Shown one piece after another: positions 13,047 through 26,700 of a DNA stretch of 64,000 nucleotides (within the stretch, counting starts at the first letter, position 1; every line of letters begins with the position of its first letter). Location: contig MCFE01000301.1 in NCBI GenBank assembly GCA_002104905.1, forward strand, positions 35,545-99,544. The letters run 5' to 3'. Under the pieces are notes generated by a model. That model made no database searches. It was not told where the DNA came from and saw only the letters and a list, made by a program, of their open reading frames with translations. The DNA comes from Basidiobolus meristosporus CBS 931.73. Its lineage: Eukaryota; Fungi; Basidiobolomycota. The translations under genes were made by a program, and so were the position numbers.

Positions 13047-15620
13047 ATGCCGGGGCAAAACCTCAGAAGTGCCGACGATAATGTAGAGGGATCCTCTCTG
13101 TTCATGATCGTATCCTTTTTTGTTTCGCGTGAACTAATTAGCGTATCGCAACTGCCTGTTTATATGTTTGTCCCTTAACCGTGTTTTACAGAGCGAGGAG
13201 GATATTGCCTATGAGGAAGATCTTCTACGGAACCCCTATACCCTTAAGGGCTGGCAAAGATATTTGGAGCATAAAAGTAATTCCTCTCTCCAGCATAAGA
13301 TTTTCATCTACGAAAGAGCGGTCAAAGAGCTTCCTGGCTCCTATAAGCTATGGAAGGCATATCTAGATCTGAGGCGCTCAATCCTCAAGGGTAAGAATCC
13401 AGTGAGCTTTGCTCCCGCGTATGAGAAGGTGAACAATTGTTTTGAGAGAGCTTTGGTCCTTTTGCACAAGGTACGTCATTATGATGAATCTGCCAACCGA
13501 TTCGAGTCCTAATGTTCGCTTTGATAACATAGATGCCCCGCATCTGGTTAGATTATTGCCATTTCTTGATCAACCAAGGCTATGTCACAAAAACGCGTAG
13601 AGTGTTCGATCGTGCCCTTCGTGCCCTCCCAATAACTCAACACGCAAGAGTATGGGAGCTGTACTTGAGATTTGCCCGTCTGGTTGGTGGTGAAACTGCT
13701 TTACGTGTTTACAAGCGCTATCTTCAACTGGAACCCGATCATATCGAAGAATACATCGACCTACTCATTTCCATGAAACGCTATGACGAGGCCACCTCTA
13801 GGCTTGCTGTGATAGCTAATGACGATAAATTCCAGTCATTGCAAGGAAAGTCGAAGTACCAACTGTGGATGGAGCTTTGCGACATCGCCTGTAAATACCC
13901 AACCGAAATCAAGACACTAAACATCGAGCCTATCATTCGGGACGGAATCAAACGCTTTACTGATCAGACAGGCAAGCTGTGGAATTCGTTGGCCAGATAC
14001 TGGATAATGCAGAACCAATTTGAGAAGGCCAGGGACGTTTATGAAGAGGGTATCAATGTGGTCATGACTGTCCGTGACTTCACTCAGATCTTTGACGCGT
14101 ACGCCGAGTTTGAGGAGTCGGTGATTACTTCGAAGATGGAGTTGGTTGCCGAGCGAGCGGAGGATGGTGAGCAGGATCCAGAGGAGGATTTGGATCTTGA
14201 TCTAAGACTGATGAGGTTTGAAAAATTGATGGACAGACGGCCATTCCTTGTGAATGACGTTCTCCTTCGACAAAACCCCAACAACGTCAACGAATGGGAA
14301 AAGCGGGTTGCTTTGTGGAAGGATAACGCTGAGAAGGTGGTTGAGACGTATACAACAGCGATCGCTACCATTAATCCAAAGAAGGCTGTCGGCAAGCTTA
14401 ATCAGCTGTGGGTCAACTTCGCCAAGTTTTACGAGAAGGGTGGCAACTTGGAAACTGCGCGAGCCGTGTTCGAGAAGGGTGTGCTGGTGAACTTCAAGTC
14501 TGTGAATGACCTGGCCGACCTCTGGTGTGAGTATGCCGAGATGGAGCTCCAGCATGAAAACTTCGACAGAGCAGTTGATATCATGGGCCGAGCCACTGCT
14601 CCACCAAAAAACACCAGAGTCAGTTTCCACGACGAGTCAATACCTGTCCAGTCGCGTGTTTTCAAGGCGCTGAAGCTTTGGTCATTCTATGTCGATCTTG
14701 AAGAGAGCATCGGCTCGATTGAATCCACTCGAGCCGTTTACGATCGTATTTTGGACTTGAAAATCGCAACGCCACAAATCATCATCAATTATGCCGCCTT
14801 CCTGGAAGAAAACAAATACTTTGAAGAGAGCTTCAAGGTGTATGAGCGCGGAGTCGAGTTGTTCAACTATCCGGTGGCATTTGAAATCTGGAACATCTAT
14901 CTTTCCAAGTTTCTTTCCCGCTTTGGCGGCTCTAAGCTCGAGCGCGCTAGAGATCTGTTCGAACAGGCTTTGGAGAAATGCCCGGCCAAATTTGCCAAGC
15001 CGCTTTATTTGATGTATGGCAAGCTTGAGGAGGAGCATGGCTTAGCCAAACATGCCATGAAGGTCTATGATCGTGCCACCAGAGCGGTCTCTGATGAAGA
15101 CAGATTCGAGATGTTCAACTTTTACATTGCCAAGGCTAGCGCATCCTTTGGAATCGCATCCACCAGAGAGATCTACGAACGCTCCATCGAGGTTTTACCA
15201 GACCATCACGCCAGAGATATGTGCATGAGATATGCCGAGCTGGAAGTCAAGCTTGGAGAAATCGACCGTGCCAGGGCCTTGTATGCGTATGGCTCCCAAT
15301 TCTGCGATCCTCGTGTAAGTGTTTGTGATTTGGGCTTTTTCCCGCGACGTACTGACGTTTTTGCACTATAGATCGTACCTACATTCTGGAAGACCTGGGA
15401 GACGTTCGAGGTTAATCATGGTAATGAGGATACCTATAAGGAGATGCTCCGCATCAAGAGAAGTGTCCAAGCACAATACAACACAGAGGTCAACTTTATC
15501 TCCGCTCAAATGATTGCCTCTCGCCAACAGCAAAAGCAAGAATCGGCGTCACAAACACCAGCAAACCCTGAAGAGGCAGCTGGGTCTGGTGAGATCGCCA
15601 TTGATGATATGGATCTTTAG
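13047..15620 (+). CDS. SYF1: Pre-mRNA splicing factor Syf1/XAB2 (HAT repeats)
   Basis: [71 protein letters not shown]...[21 protein letters not shown]. Confidence 0.96.
13110..13191 (+). other. U12-type GT-AG intron (SYF1 intron 1), 82 nt
   Basis: 5' GTATCCTTTT, branch TCCCTTAAC at 13171-13179, 3' CAG. Phase-0 removal joins ...SLFMI|SEEDIAYEE in frame. Confidence 0.88.
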
Positions 15621-15813
15621 CATCGTCTCTCCCCATCTAGTTATGTTTGTTACATCTATTTAGTTTAAGTCCCCTCTAAATGCAAACGCAAATTCAATTA
15701 CATAAAATCCGCTGTAAAATAGAATATTCAAAACCTCCCCAACAAGGATAGCGCGACACCAGCGATATCTAATTCCAATGAACGGTCTATATTTTGGGTT
15801 GGAATGCTTTCCA

Positions 15814-17041
15814 TTAAAGGGTTGAGCTTTGCTCTTTGTGGAGGGTGATAAGCTGGGCAAGCCGTGTGACTGCTTTTGCACTGGGGATGTTCCATTCATT
15901 ACAAAATTGCTTCGCAACTTCAAGGGGAATGTCGTGCTCATGCAATGGAATGCTTTTCACTGCACCATCGTGAATCTCTATTTCTAATATCATGAGGATT
16001 TCCCCTTGGCATTGTGATTTGGCTGTGCCGTCAACTTCTATAGATTCAGAATTGCTGGCTTCAATTTGCTCAGGTTGTGAAGAAGGCCACGCTGCATCTG
16101 GCTCAATGAAGTTCATCTGCTCAGTGGACGACTCATTCACGTCTTCATGTTCCGCTGGCATGCTCCAAAATTCAATTCCCTTCACGTCCTCATCGTGGTT
16201 AAATAGCGTACATTCTCGCTCCGGCTCATCTAGCGTCAATTCTGAAAGTTCATCGATGATTGCTTCGGGGTCCCTACAGCTCTTTTGCTTTACTAAGACT
16301 TTATGGGAACTAGTCGTGATTTCAGTGGGCTCTGTGGCTTTGTCGAATTTGGAAGCTTGTTGATTCTTGGTTTCCCAAAGGCGTTTAGCATATTCCTGAG
16401 GACGAGGCTTGAAGTTTTTACCCTGTCTATGCCACTGACCAGACCCCATCTGGGAATCGTTCACTGTGTCTTCTGTCCCGAGTTGGTGCCAGTTAGAGAT
16501 TCCGGTTGTGGGAGACCCATCCACGGGTAATCGATTTTTCAGAGGTTTATTCTTGCTCTTGGATTGCGTTTTCTCTTCAATTTGTGGTTTATAGTTTCTT
16601 CCAACACGATGGAGCCCACCAGGCTCTACTCCATTTGGGGAATATCTCGATTGTCCAGAACCCAGATTATGCCAAGCTGAAATTTGGGTAGAGGTGGTTG
16701 TATTTTGGGCAATATGGTTGTCATTCACTGCTATCAAATGTGTTATTCAAAAAATCTGTACAAGAGTTCGTGGGATTTCGCTTACGTTGCTGGTACCCCT
16801 GTTGGTAATAATTTGAGATGTATCTTGACGAGTTGCTGCCTGGTAGAGTGTGCGTAAGAAATTTCTGCTGCTTAATGTTGTTCTTGCGCTGCTTCGGGGC
16901 AACCTCCTCAACTGGTTTGTAATTTTTTCCGATTCTATGTAGGCCACCTAACTCAACCGGTCGTCCTGAATTGTTTTCGTTTGAGTAGTGTAAATGCCAG
17001 GCTGATATCTTTTGGGTATTGGTTAGGTTTCCTTTCTGCAT
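15814..17041 (-). CDS. Uncharacterised protein with three ISxWH...GxLHRxGxNYKP repeats and a small C-terminal globular domain
   Basis: Two ORFs (16721..17041 and 15814..16737) are joined in frame by a 55-nt GTAAGC...ATAG intron. The C-terminal domain is ILEIEIHDG...LHEHDIPLEVAKQFCNEW. Start codon is uncertain. Confidence 0.7.
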
Positions 17042-17282
17042 TGTGTGTTGAGTGATAAAATAAGTATGTTAGAGAAACTCAACACGTACCCAGGGCCCAA
17101 TGGTACTCTAATGTGGATAATTGATTTTTGATGTTTCCCTTCGTTACACCACTTCTTGATGCTGAACAATCAATAGAAACCCTACTCTCTATTGTTTATT
17201 TACCCGTTGTATACGCTAATTTTACATAAATTAAGCAAGTTATCTACGCCAGTCTCAGGTATGCAAATCGAATACAAGCAGC

Positions 17283-17952
17283 CTAAACAGCATCAGTCAA
17301 CCCTTTTGCCTTTCGCTTAGTAACGGTATGTTCTGCTCCAACTGATTTTAAATTGGTAATCTGTTTGATGTCGGGGTTAAGAAAGCGACATATTTGGATA
17401 GAAGATCAAAATTCTTATTACCAGAGTGTAGTTACTCATCTCTCCCTCATAGCGGGCTTTATCCTGAGCTGCCATTTCAACATATGGCTGACCAACAACA
17501 TGAGATAATGCATTCAAAAGGAGCCAAACAAGAACTACCTTTTTTTCATTTTCGCCCATATTCTTCCATCTGGCTGCCAAAATCTTTACCAAATCAGAGG
17601 GAGTTGCATTAGGATTGTTTTCTTTCTCAGAAGCCCTAATTTTGCATCTTAGTTCATGTATAGGCCTGAAATCCCGGCGACTAAAAAATTACCTTTGTTC
17701 CGACGCGAATATTATATAGGAAGTTCTTGGTCGCTTTGGACGATCTTTTTGATTGTCTTCACCTTTGGTGTTCTTGGACTTTTTCCCTTTCTTGACACCT
17801 TTCTCGGTAGAGGCATTTTGCGCCTGTTGTCTCTTTGGCTTTGAGACTACGTTACATATCACTTTCTGCATTTTGAATGATTTTTGTGTGCCTGTATTGA
17901 TACCTCTGTTGGTTAATTCTTTGGGGATTTTCTCAACACTTGAACATTCCAT
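17283..17952 (-). CDS. HMG-box protein (Nhp6/HMGB-like, N-terminally extended)
   Basis: KDRPKRPRTSYIIFASEQR...ENNPNATPSDLVKILAARWKNMGENEKKPYVEMAAQDKARYEGEM. 3' end is uncertain (17283 if the last intron is spliced, otherwise 17377). Confidence 0.8.
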
Positions 17953-18250
17953 ACTTCCTTTTCCACTCGGCGAGGAATTGGGTCAACTTGAGAGCAGGTA
18001 TACATCTGTTGGCATTTTTATGTCCATCCTAGCCTATCATAGTGCCAAACATTGCGCCACTCAAGTAAATCACAGTCTTGGATATATGCTTTCGGGCTAG
18101 CTATGTGTCATTGAGATTGTAAGTAGTGTAGCATTCAATCAGATGATATTAATCATATGAGTAGAATTGACCTAATGCTCCCATAAATCGAGTCAAGTTT
18201 ATTGATTGATTTCCAATCAGCCTGCATTGCTTGAATGCAAAGCATTCAAA

Positions 18251-18979
18251 CTAGTGCTTTTGATTATAATTTTGCGTCGCGGGGGCTACACCAAATTCCT
18301 CTGGGACCTCTATCTTATGCTCAATACATATCACTTTGATAAGTGCGTGATGATGCACTAGGAAGAACTTTAGACAGAGGTTACGAAAAACATTGAGCAT
18401 ATCAACATACCGGCATGATGTATACAGAACCATAGCTCCCGGCCGTAGTTCGATGGAAACTCAGACCTACTATCATCCGTGCTGTTAACAATGGCTAACA
18501 AATGGACTGGTGTTTCCAACGATATGTCGCTGTTTAGGAGCTTCGATTGAAGTTTTTCAATTTCTTTGATGGCCACCTCCACGTCAGTCTCCATAGGCAC
18601 CTAGAAGGAGATACACAGTGTGAAGATATGGACTTTTGAGACTCAAGAGAACTGGTGTGAAGGGGTATTCATGCTTATCAACATAAATTCATACATTGCG
18701 ATCGCGAGCGTCATAATCAACTGTCCAGGCTGCGTGACCATTAGAGACACAGGAAGTACCTTCAGGTTTGTTTGCCAGTAATAGCCTAAAGTGATCAGCC
18801 AAGTGCCGTACGTGCTTTGCAACGTTACTTTTTGGAACGAAAGTGGACTCTTTTGTGAAACTGTCTTTAGGGAGTGAGTTCAGCAGAGCTTTGCTTTGTT
18901 CCAATATCTCAACTGCTATGGCGCGAAGCTCGTTTTGCCTCTCCATCTTCTCCGCCGCAAGGATTGTATTTTTTACCAT
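18251..18979 (-). CDS. DinB/YfiT-superfamily putative metalloenzyme
   Basis: Spliced product has HVRHLADHF, VDYDARDRNVPMETD, GRELWFCIHHAVHHHALIKVI and EEFGVAPAT, the motif pattern of DinB-like proteins; two GT-AG introns. Confidence 0.75.
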
Positions 18980-19688
18980 TTCAAAGTCACCACTTTATCA
19001 AGTTTGAGTCTAGTTGTTGGTGTGTATGTATAAAGGATTGGTATATATGTGACGTGCAACCCGCTACAAACATCTTAAAGTAAGGCTTTACACTGTGGTG
19101 ACACGCACGTGACGCACTTTAACTAATATCAGTGACAAATCAAATTCCCATACTTGAATGACCTCAACTTACGCAAGTCACATTCCTAAATTTGGTTGGA
19201 TCAGCCAAACACTATGATCTTGGGAGTGAAATTTCTTGCTACTAGAAAAGCAATGAGCTCATTGAGAATCACTTCACATGAGACCAGTTTTTCCAATACC
19301 CCAAGATATTTGCCATTTGGTGAAATAATAACGACATTGGCACCTCTTTGTTATTTCGAGGGCACCGGTATTGGGATTTAAGCAGATATAACCCTATATA
19401 CTTAATGATCAATATCAAGAGAATATTTAAACAATCTTAAAGAAAAGTAGATTAAAGCATATGGGAAGTTATGAACCAAATTAATCGAACAATTTTGGGG
19501 ATACATAAGGGAGTCCTACAATGAAAATCAGAATAGAATTCATCAGCTTACGTAGGCGTCATCATCAAGGAGAGCACCACGCAACACCTAATTTTTCTTG
19601 TTTTCCCTAGTCATTAAAATTCCGTATATTGACGAAGTAGAAGTAGCATTATTCAAGCAAAGCGTATCCTAAAGCATACATATACAAG

Positions 19689-21062
19689 ATGGTCCTCGAA
19701 GCTACTATGCTCATGTAAAGTTCCCCTTCCCTAAATTATGTACTGATCGAGATCTAGACCGTATTGACCCGTATCTTATGGATGTAGTTTAGATAACTCC
19801 GAATGGATGAGAAACGGAGATTACACGCCTACCAGACTAGAAGCTCAAGGCGACGCTGTCAACCTGATTTTCAACTCCAAGTTTCAGTCCAATCCAGAGA
19901 ATACCGTTGGTTTAATGACCATGGCTAACAAAGGGTTGGTACTTTGAAAAACGACATCCAGACCTCATTTGATTTATCTTCTCATTTTTCCCTTCACAGA
20001 CCTGAAGTGTTGGTCACTTTGACTCGTGATGTTGGCAAAATCCTAAACGCCCTTCATAATATCAAATCGGAAGGAAACTCCAGTCTTACTACCGGAATCC
20101 AGATTGCACAGGTTAGCGAGGATTGTGATATGGACAACAAAACCCGCTTTCTTACCTCTGTGTACAGCTTGCCTTGAAACATAGACAGAACAAGAACCAG
20201 CAACAGCGTATCATCGTTTTCGTCGGCAGTCCAGTGACCACCGATGAAAAGTCTTTGGTGAAATTGGCCAAGAAAATGAAGAAAAATAATATTGCTATTG
20301 ATGTGATCAACTTTGGTGAAGAGGGTGAGAACACCAGCAAGCTCGAAGCATTCATAACCGCCGTAAACAGCAATGACAACAGGTATGCATTCAGCACTTA
20401 CAATTGCTACTCGTGCAACTTGCTAACCCGGTCTGTTGTCAAATAGTCATCTGGTCACTATTCCTCCAGGCCCTCACATTCTTAGCGATATCCTCATTTC
20501 CTCACCCATCTTCGCCGGTGAAGGTAGCTCCGTGCCAGGTTATAGTGGCTCTGGTGGCTCCTATGAGCTGGGTGTTGATCCCAACCTTGATCCAGAGCTC
20601 GCTCTTGCTCTTCGTATCTCTCTCGAAGAGGAAAAGGCACGACAGGAGCAAGAAGCAGCCAAGGCCAACCAAAACAAAGAAGGTAGTTCTGCAACTCCTC
20701 AAGCAGCGGCACCATCAGGGGAGGCTGGAAATACTGAAGAAGATATGCTAGCTCAAGCCTTAGCCATGTCAATGGACAATTCTGAGGGCAAAGATGTTCA
20801 AATGGAGGATGTACCAAGTGAAGCATTGACTGAGGAAGAGCAAATTGCTCGCGCCATTTCACTATCCATGCAATCGGATTCCAACGATAACAAAGCCGAA
20901 GGAGCCCCATCCTCAGACCCCGCTTTCATGAATTCAGTTTTAGAGTCTCTCCCAGGAGTTGATCCCAACGATCCACGCGTCAAGAACGCCTTGCAGGGAC
21001 TTTCGAGCAACACCGAGTCTGACAAGAATGAGAAGGAGAACGACGATGCCAAGAAAGAGTAA
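19689..21062 (+). CDS. RPN10: 26S proteasome ubiquitin receptor Rpn10 (vWA plus UIM)
   Basis: [76 protein letters not shown]. Confidence 0.96.
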
Positions 21063-21632
21063 ATGATTCCTGTAATCTCGGAAATTAATTTGATTATTTA
21101 TACTTCTTGATATTTACCCTACATAAAATATGACTGAACTCGTTGTATCCTCAGCATCGAGTTTAATTGTGACATATAGTAAAGTGTGAAAGGAATCACT
21201 AAATTTCTCACCAACATTTAACAATGCTGTCCTGTATCTCGACTAAGATTGGTTTGAAATCAGTCCTACATGTAGATCGTATTTGTGCTGGCTATCTTTA
21301 GGTGAGCATATGGCAGTCGTGGTAGGTGCCACATGAAGATTACTGAGGACACTGGACGCCATTATGTATTACCGCCCGAAATTCTCCCCAGGTGCACAGC
21401 TGATGCTAGCATCGGTAACAGCGCACTAGAAGGGGCGTTTGACCTCACATTAGCACAGGCCTGTGGTATTTTGCCACCAACTATTATCATATGTTGAATG
21501 TCTAAAGGGTTTGTTTATTCTAAGAGATTAATACAATTATAAGGCTATGTTACAAGTACTTCGAAAAGCGCGACCCGTTTTTCAAAAACAGCTCCAGATT
21601 ATAGTAATATTACGAAAGAGTAGAGTGCTCCT

Positions 21633-22862
21633 CTAGGCGGAGCCAAGTGCGGCAACCTGCATTGGCTCTTCGGGCTCGAACAGGATCTCGGTATCTTCAT
21701 ATTCTGGTACGTTCTCCAGACATGATTGCTGACGGAAGATATGCAAGTAAGCATCGGTTCCGTAGCCATCCATGGAGACCACATTAAGGTCCCCGCCAAA
21801 GTATCTGGAGATAAGTCTGGCTACCGACAAACCTGGCCCAAATCCAGCCAACGGGATGTCCATACCATAGTTGGTGTTCTTGCCTGCCAAAAAGGAGCCA
21901 TTCTCAGATGGCTCCGAATAGGTGTATCCCCACAAATTGTCAATCTTGGACATGGGGATGCCTCCACCGACATCGGATACTTTGATAGTGACATCCTCAC
22001 CACCAGCGACGATGACTATCTTGACCGGGGGCAAGCGGGTGGAATTTCTGTGGGTTTCGGCAGTTGCCTTGAAGGAGTTCTTCAAGATCTCGAACAAACT
22101 GCGGTGAAGGTATTCCTCGATGTAAAGAGGAGATACGCTGGTGTTCTTTGAGATGATCTCGACCTCGGGCGCTTTGAGGCCATAGTGGGTGGCGCAAACT
22201 CTACGTGCGTCGAAAGCGGCCTTCTTAGCAACATCGAGGGGAGAAACCTTTTCAACAGTGCTGCGTTCATGCTCATGGAGAGACAGATGCTCGCTCAAGA
22301 TGGTTCTGGTTCCCAGAGCCATGGTGTAGTATTTGTCAAAGAACAGCTTCAAGCGTTTATCATTGAGATCGATGCTCTTCTTGGAGATGTCTAACAACTC
22401 CTGAAGCCCGTGGCCGATGGACTGGTTGTTGATCTCTTGTCGATGCTGCAACTCCTGGAGTTGCTCGGTGAATGAGACCTCCTGTACCTGGCACATGGGC
22501 CTTGGTGTTCTGGAGAGCCTAGCGATATCATCCAGCAGGTTCTCGGAAATTCTTCTAAATGTGGGGAGATTGGACATGCCAAAGGGAACGTCACTAGCAT
22601 TGACGATCTTTAGTGTTTGGGTGAGTCTGACTGGCAATTCTTGATGAAGGAATTGTGCGGTCAACAGGGGTTGTGGGTTTTTGCGACATGGTTGCCAAAG
22701 GAGAACAGATGTTGCAGCTACAGCAAAGGAGATGGTAAATATCAATGGAATCCGGGTAGAGAATTGGGCTCAAAAGCTTACCGAGACCCGGGTGATCTTT
22801 GCATTGGCCAGTCTAACAATATGACCTCTGGGGAGAGCCTGAAGTGCAGATGTAGGAATCAT
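21633..22862 (-). CDS. Mitochondrial pyruvate/branched-chain ketoacid dehydrogenase kinase family (GHKL), with an apparent 1-nt frameshift
   Basis: AQFLHQELPVRL, FEILKNSFKAT, IKVSDVGGGIP, LAGFGPGLSVARLISRYFGGDL. Exon 1 is 22782..22862 and the intron 22718..22781. The reading frame shifts at the A5 run 22678..22682. Confidence 0.85.
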
Positions 22863-23720
22863 AGAATTATTAACTACCAGATAGCAGGTGGGAGTATCAA
22901 GTTGTGTGAAAATGATTGCTATGACCGTGCCGTCACTGACTGGAATTTATAACAAATCGAGTATGGCAACCGAATTACCGGGTGAATGTTCAACTTGTTG
23001 GGGAATCGCAATTGCTCACGTTTCATTGATTCTATAGGAAAACTCGAACGTGGTTCGGGACAAATCAAGTGAGTCAAGATTAGAAACGTATGATCGCGAC
23101 CATCCTGATCGATGGATGGATAGTAGGCTGGATGACGTTGGGGTAGAGTGCCGTGTGGGTCCTCATACGACCGTATTGGGTTGAGAGGTGTGATCTTATC
23201 GTTCTAATGATCTACGCTCATTTGGGTAAATTTTCATCACTCAGCTGTTCCCCAGAATCTAGTCTACTTTACACAACAAACTAATCCAATTAACGAGAGT
23301 GAGCAGCATGGATTTTGGAATTAGTTGCCTTTTCTAGGCCTGCCAATACCTGGAGAATATCGATATCACCACATCTGATTAATGCAAAAATAGAGTTGAA
23401 AGGATTGTCATGGAGTATTCTTCAATAGACTCATCTGGATTGTCTTATCAATGACGCGAGGAATGCTCTAGATTCGACTAGTTCTGGCCTTACACGATCT
23501 GGCTCGTCAGCAAAAGATGTCTATTCTTAGGCGTAATTAATCGACCACGGGTATCTATTTGATTGTTTCCGTGGATTGTTTACACAAGTTGTTTACAAAT
23601 CGCCATTATGGATTTTGTGATTAGACCAGTAACTATGTAACACTCCGACTTGAGTTTGAGTGACCAGCTTGGCTCTCACCGCTAGATCTTCGAAAGTGAC
23701 CACAGTCTCCCAGCAGTAGA

Positions 23721-26700
23721 ATGAGTGGTTCCATCAAGGTAAGCATGGATTTAACGAGTAGTAAGTTTTATGAGACTGTTGCGAATCCTCTGACAAAACA
23801 ATAGTTTGAACTTAATTGGAGTGCCTTAGAGCTGGGGGTTCCAACGAAACCCTACCGTGGCCCACTCACTTTCAGTTGTATAAGTACGTATGGCCTTCAC
23901 GAGATCGGGATTGTTGCTCGGGGTCTACCCGCTTCCATGGAGCTCGCCGATATAAAGAAATACTTCTCTGCCTGGGGTGACGTTGGAACATGCAGCGTGC
24001 TGAAAAGCAATGGTGCGAGTAAAACCGGGTTTATCAATTTCCGACCACCACCGCTTACTCTAGAATTTATGGACCACGACCAGCAACCCGTTCACCAGGG
24101 TGTGAGAGGTAGAACCCTCGAGATAGACTTCACTTCTCAAACCGCCAAAGACCTGCAGCTGCGAGAAAAAGGGGAGCTGAAGAAGAGAGTCATTTACACC
24201 TCGGCAAATTGCTTCGACATGGGGGCGTTTTTGCGTAGCGGTAGGTTTCTACGGCAATGGAGGGCTACTAACCAATGTCTAGTTGAGATCAACCTGAACA
24301 GGCGGATCATATTTCTGAGGTTTCATCACGAAAATGATGATTACCAAATCGGGATTAGGTTTGGTGATGTCCACCGGCAGATTGTGTTAGATAGCAGCGA
24401 AGAAGACGTGTATGTAATGTACATTCAGACCACACATCCCCCTTTTATGTGGCGCCGACAAGAAGAGCCGGCAAGAAGTACCCCGCGTTCAGACAATTGG
24501 TGCGAGGAGAATTCTTGGGTCCGTGTCCCGTATATTGTTGATCAACGTGATGATAACGATGCAAGAATCAGCATTGGGGATTTTGGTGCGTATCGTGTCT
24601 GTGTTCCTTCCATCAACTCTTATGGCGAGCTGTTCAAGGATTGCATCAACGATCTAATGCGCTTTAATCTTACTTCAAACAAGACCAATGCCTCGATTCC
24701 CTCGGTGGTGGATACGTCGACGCTGCCCGTTATAGATATCCATTCGTCGTTCCCGTTCGAGTTGGCCTACTTGACCGAATGTTTGATCAGAGCGCAAAAG
24801 CTTAGCTTATACAACATATCTGAGGAGTGGGTGGCATTCATAAATGGTCTGGATATAGCGGTTGCTAAGAATGTCCTGATGCGTATGACGGAGGCTCGGG
24901 ATGTAATTGAGGATCCTATGGTGTATTCTCAAAGAGTGTTGCCAGAGCTTTCAAGTATCATGGTCAACCTGAAGGATATCTCTGCGCACAACATATGGGT
25001 CCGTAGAGCTGTTGTCACTCCAAGCAAGATCCATCTTCTGCCACCCACTCTGGAACTATCGAACCGTGTATTGAGGCACTTTCACCAATATCAAGAATCC
25101 TTCATCCGGGTGACCTTTTCTGACGAGCATTTCGAGAAGCTAGGGAGTAGCCGGGAGTTGTATCAAACCCTATTGGATCGTTTCGAGGAGGTTTTGACTG
25201 AAGGTTTTGATGTCGCCAATCGTCATTACCGGTTCCTAGCCTTCTCCTCCTCACAACTCCGCGAGCACAGCTGTTGGTTTTTTGCTGATACGCCGGATGG
25301 CATGGACGTCAACGTTATTCGTGGGTGGATGGGGGATTTCAGCGAAATCAAGAACGTGGCTAAACAGGCTGCGCGCATGGGGCAGTGTTTCTCTAGCACC
25401 CGCGCGGTGAAGATTCTAACCAAAAAGCAGATCAAGGAGATACCGGATATAACTCGCAACCGCTACATCTTCTCCGATGGCATAGGCAAGATCGCCATGT
25501 CGTTGGCTACTGAGATTGCTAGCATATACAATCGTGACATCATCCCCGGCGCGTTTCAGATTCGCCTTGGTGGCTATAAGGGGGTTCTCGCAGTTGCACC
25601 CGACGACGAAATGGACGGCTACTTAGTCCACCTGCGTCCAAGCCAATTGAAATTCAAATCTGACCATACTGCACTGGAAATCATCAGGACTGCTGAATAT
25701 ATACCAGCTTATCTCAACCGACAAATCATTGTGCTGTTGACCACCCTGGGGGTCCCTGACCAGGTGTTCGTGGACATGCATGAGAAGTTCCTGCAAGAAG
25801 TGGATGGGATCCTCAGCAACGAGGGATTGTCCTTGAAATTGCTGGCTCTTCACTACAGTTCAAGCTGGGTGAGTGACGTTTTAAGGAAGATGGTGCTTTC
25901 CGGATTTCTGAGGCTAGGAGACACCTTTACCAAGAATTTATTGAGCTTACTTAAGGTCCAGGTTCTGAAAGACATCAAGGAGCGCGCTAGGATACCGATC
26001 GAGCAGGGTGCTCATCTGACAGGTGTTCTAGATGAGACAAACACCTTACGAGAAAATCAAGTGGCTGTTCGTTTCACCGACCCTCACGATCCCAGTACTA
26101 TTAGAAGCTATGTGGGGCCAGTGTTGGTGCTCCGAAGTCCATGTTTGCATCCAGGAGATGTACATATGGCCGAAGCCGTAGATTGCCCCCAGTTGCATTC
26201 TCTTGTCAATTGTATTGCTTTTTCTACGCAAGGCAGAAGGGATCTTCCTAGTCAATGCAGTGGAGGTGATCTTGACGGTGACACGTACATGGCTATATGG
26301 GACGAACGTCTGTTTCCACTACAAGAGAAGCACCCGTCGAGTAACGCTAGTCAGGAGGAGATATCCGATCAAGAGATAACAATCAGAGATACCGTGGATT
26401 TCTTCCTCAATTACATTATCACCGACAACCTGGGTGAGATTGCCAATTCCCACCTAGCCTGGGCCGACCAGACACCGGAATCTGCATTATCGGTTCAGTG
26501 CGTTCTACTGTCACAACTGCATGACCAAGCAGTGGATTTCATCAAAACCGGAGTTCCTGCGGAGATGGTCTCCTCACTACGCCCGAGTGTCTGGCCGGAT
26601 TTCATGAACAAGCTGCCTAGAAAATCATACGAGTCCACGAAAGCTCTGGGCGTAATGTACAGAAGTGGTGCCAAGAGGCTAAGCCGCAATTTCAAGCACA

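Noticed and set aside
16721-16737. Overlap of two ORFs that looks like a frameshift
   Set aside because: A 55-nt GTAAGC...TAAC...ATAG intron joins them in frame.
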